DNA of 63,008 bases, filler included, from Octopus bimaculoides (Eukaryota), in the NCBI RefSeq assembly GCF_001194135.2. It is 5 parts of 4 records of this genome, joined end to end, with 100 filler letters (N's around TTAATTAATTAA, not from the genome) between each part and the next. Parts side by side here need not be neighbours in the genome. Positions count along the whole stretch, not along the records: positions 59,137 to 61,057 come from NW_026394043.1; positions 61,158 to 63,008 come from NC_068982.1; 3 more parts are not named here. One strand, 5' to 3'. Position 1 is the stretch's first letter. Each line of letters begins with the position of its first letter. The translations under genes were made by a program, and so were the position numbers. This document shows positions 59,586 through 63,008 of this stretch, one piece after another. Under the pieces are notes generated by a model, which was given only the letters and a program-made list of their open reading frames with translations, did not search any database and was not told the DNA's origin.

Positions 59586-60299
59586 ATTTTAATTTATTCC
59601 ACTTCTTTGAAATGAAATGCGGTGTGTTGTGTATAAAATATAAATTCACGATAATTTTAGTTTACAATGGAAATATTCTTGGGTCTTCGAGAATAAATCT
59701 GAGCTTTGATATGAAAATAGNNNNNNNNNNNNNNNNNNNNNNNNNNNNNNNNNNNNNNNNNNNNNNNNNNNNNNNNNNNNNNNNNNNNNNNNNNNNNNNN
59801 NNNNNNNNNNNNNNNNNNNNNNNNNNNNNNNNNNNNNNNNNNNNNNNNNNNNNNNNNNNNNNNNNNNNNNNNNNNNNNNNNNNNNNNNNNNNNNNNNNNN
59901 NNNNNNNNNNNNNNNNNNNNNNNNNNNNNNNNNNNNNNNNNNNNNNNNNNNNNNNNNNNNNNNNNNNNNNNNNNNNNNNNNNNNNNNNNNNNNNNNNNNN
60001 NNNNNNNNNNNNNNNNNNNNNNNNNNNNNNNNNNNNNNNNNNNNNNNNNNNNNNNNNNNNNNNNNNNNNNNNNNNNNNNNNNNNNNNNNNNNNNNNNNNN
60101 NNNNNNNNNNNNNNNNNNNNNNNNNNNNNNNNNNNNNNNNNNNNNNNTAATGCCAGTGAGTTTATTTGTAACACATTGGCTCATGTCTTGAACTAGAATA
60201 ATGTGTGAAAGTGCGCGCGTGTAAATAACCTGTTGTCGAGACAAAAATATATACCTGTCTCTTTAGTTATTTTGTTTTTTCCTCTGTGCCACATGCCGT

Positions 60300-61330
<1,031 letters not shown>

Positions 61331-61644
61331 ACGTTGCAAAGAGAATCTACATCATTAATCAGCTGAGATGGAAACAGATTCATTGTTTTCAACAGATTAC
61401 TGCAACAAGGTCCATTCAAAACTACACTGTCTTTAATATTCCAATAATATGGATCGAGCTAATATTACGGCCTTTCATTTTTGTTTACTATTTTAGTTGT
61501 GAACGCTTCTAAAAGAATGTTTTGTCTTGAAAATGCAGTGATAATCTCAACTAATTAGAGATTATTTTACGTACTGTATTACATATGTGAAACTATTCTA
61601 CCATATATTTTACACGTCATTCAGAACGATACATACATACAGGA

Positions 61645-61695
<51 letters not shown>

Positions 61696-61829
61696 TAGAC
61701 AGACAGACAGACAGGCAAATAGATAGACAGACAGACAGAGGGGTGAAAGAATAACAGGGATGTATACATATATACACATATAAATCCAGGGAAATATTAC
61801 TATCACCGGTATATAATGTAAGCACTCTT

Positions 61830-62812
61830 ACCTTGATTTAAAACCAATATGAGAGTACCAATACACGAAACCCTCGGCCCTTGAGTCACTCTATGACTTC
61901 TGAGGATTATTAATGAAAAACATATATGTACTCCTGTTTTGTGTTCTATTTTCTAGTTTGCATCACAGGAAATCTCCTCTGATATGTGTAGCATTTGGTA
62001 ATTGAAGGAATTTCATGCTGCCGCCCTCATTTACGTTTCCTACCGCGAAACTCTTGACAGGAGGAAATCTAGTTTTGTTCTGAAGATACCTACATGTACC
62101 CGATTGTAGGTCTCTCAGGATTTTGGAAAGAATATTGAAAAGCAGTGGGCCCTTGAAACTCAAGCCGTTGCAGCAGCTAGTCCTGTATCTTGTTAGCGAT
62201 GTTGGGATCTTTGGCACTATACTATGGCACAAATCCTAGAACTTTCTAGATGTATATCACTGCATATCTTTTCTGCCTTTGTTCCAGGGATAAGAGTCTT
62301 AGCTTCATCCTTTCTCAGTAGCTGACTTGTCGCATTGAGACGACCTTTTTGTGTAGCTTCAATGGATTGCTTCGAGTTCCACCGTTAATTTTACACTGTG
62401 TGGTGACCATATTTGGGAGCAGTAGTCTAAACAGCTAAGACAAATATCTTCTAGAAGACCACGGTTTTTTGTTCTCGTGTTCTGAAATATCTAAGAAACC
62501 ATCTAGCCAGCCGCCTGCATTTCATTACCCACTGGGTAATACGCGCTTGGAAAGATATATTATTATTCATGTCATTGCCCAGATCACGCATTGATCTTGA
62601 TTGAGTGATTGCAATCTTTCCTGGGGCCAGTGTATCCTATCTGTATTTCATTCAGTTTCGTGTGCTAGCAGCGCAGGGCTTGGAATTTTCAAGCATTAAA
62701 CTGCATGTGATTGTCTTAGGCCCACCTGTATACTGCATCCAACTCCTGTTGCAGGCGTGGAACATCTCCAGGGTTCCGTATGTTCTGAGAGACTTTTGTA
62801 TCGTTATATAAT
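61830..62812 (-). mobile_element. CR1/L2-group LINE RT 3' fragment
   Basis: YNDTKVSQNI...LQQELDAVYRWA..NHMQFNA.KFQAL, RDLG, LDYCSQIWSPH, FKGPLLFNIL; same group as 44560-45430. Confidence 0.88.
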
Positions 62813-62814
62813 TT

Positions 62815-62935
62815 CACGACGATTTAGTCAGGCTATTTGGACTAAGATGGAAAAGAATGGCGCAATCAAGACAGAATTGGAAGCTCATTGTGACCAGCAA
62901 TGTATAACAGCATCTGATGGTCTGGTAGATACTGT

Positions 62936-62974
<39 letters not shown>

Positions 62975-62975
62975 G
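62815..62975 (+). mobile_element. RTE LINE extreme 3' end with (GATA)n tail
   Basis: DDLVRLFGLRWKRMAQSRQNWK (RTE DDL...W...AQ.R..W) directly followed by (TAGA)n. Confidence 0.65.
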
Positions 62976-63008
62976 TATTTATATATATGCATGTATTTAT
63001 ATATATAT

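Overview
Eukaryotic genomic scaffold window, about 15% N by my tally. It is AT-rich, saturated with microsatellites, and almost certainly from an octopus or other coleoid cephalopod draft assembly (inference from the SINE families, the microsatellite load and the gap-linker style). I found no confidently supported host protein-coding gene; nearly all ORFs in the supplied track are microsatellite or N-gap artefacts. The window is a transposon graveyard. Retroelements: Penelope-like (PLE) pieces (one stop-free RT segment, three GIY-YIG C-termini), RTE, CR1/L2-like and Tx1/L1-like LINE fragments, and a Ty3/gypsy insertion with both LTRs, PBS and TSD. DNA elements: mariner, maT (DD37D), pogo/Tigger, MULE and Merlin remnants, hAT MITEs and non-autonomous Helitrons. 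There are dozens of tRNA-derived SINE copies from at least three modular families. The most interesting signal is five hammerhead-ribozyme-like motifs of the PLE type in four unrelated sequence contexts. One context is a ~300-bp structured, apparently mobile element present twice with an atypical stem I; the best candidate for activity is a minimal dimer-type hammerhead at 41128-41164. Other notable items are a ~130-bp inverted-repeat cassette enclosing a Tx1 RT fragment, a SINE-head/RTE chimera, an internal empty-site proof of a Helitron insertion, dense inverted SINE clusters (possible dsRNA/ADAR substrates), and a cryptic satellite with a ~262-bp higher-order duplication. All protein family calls come from my own hand translation and motif recognition, not database searches. 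Boundaries of degraded repeats are approximate.
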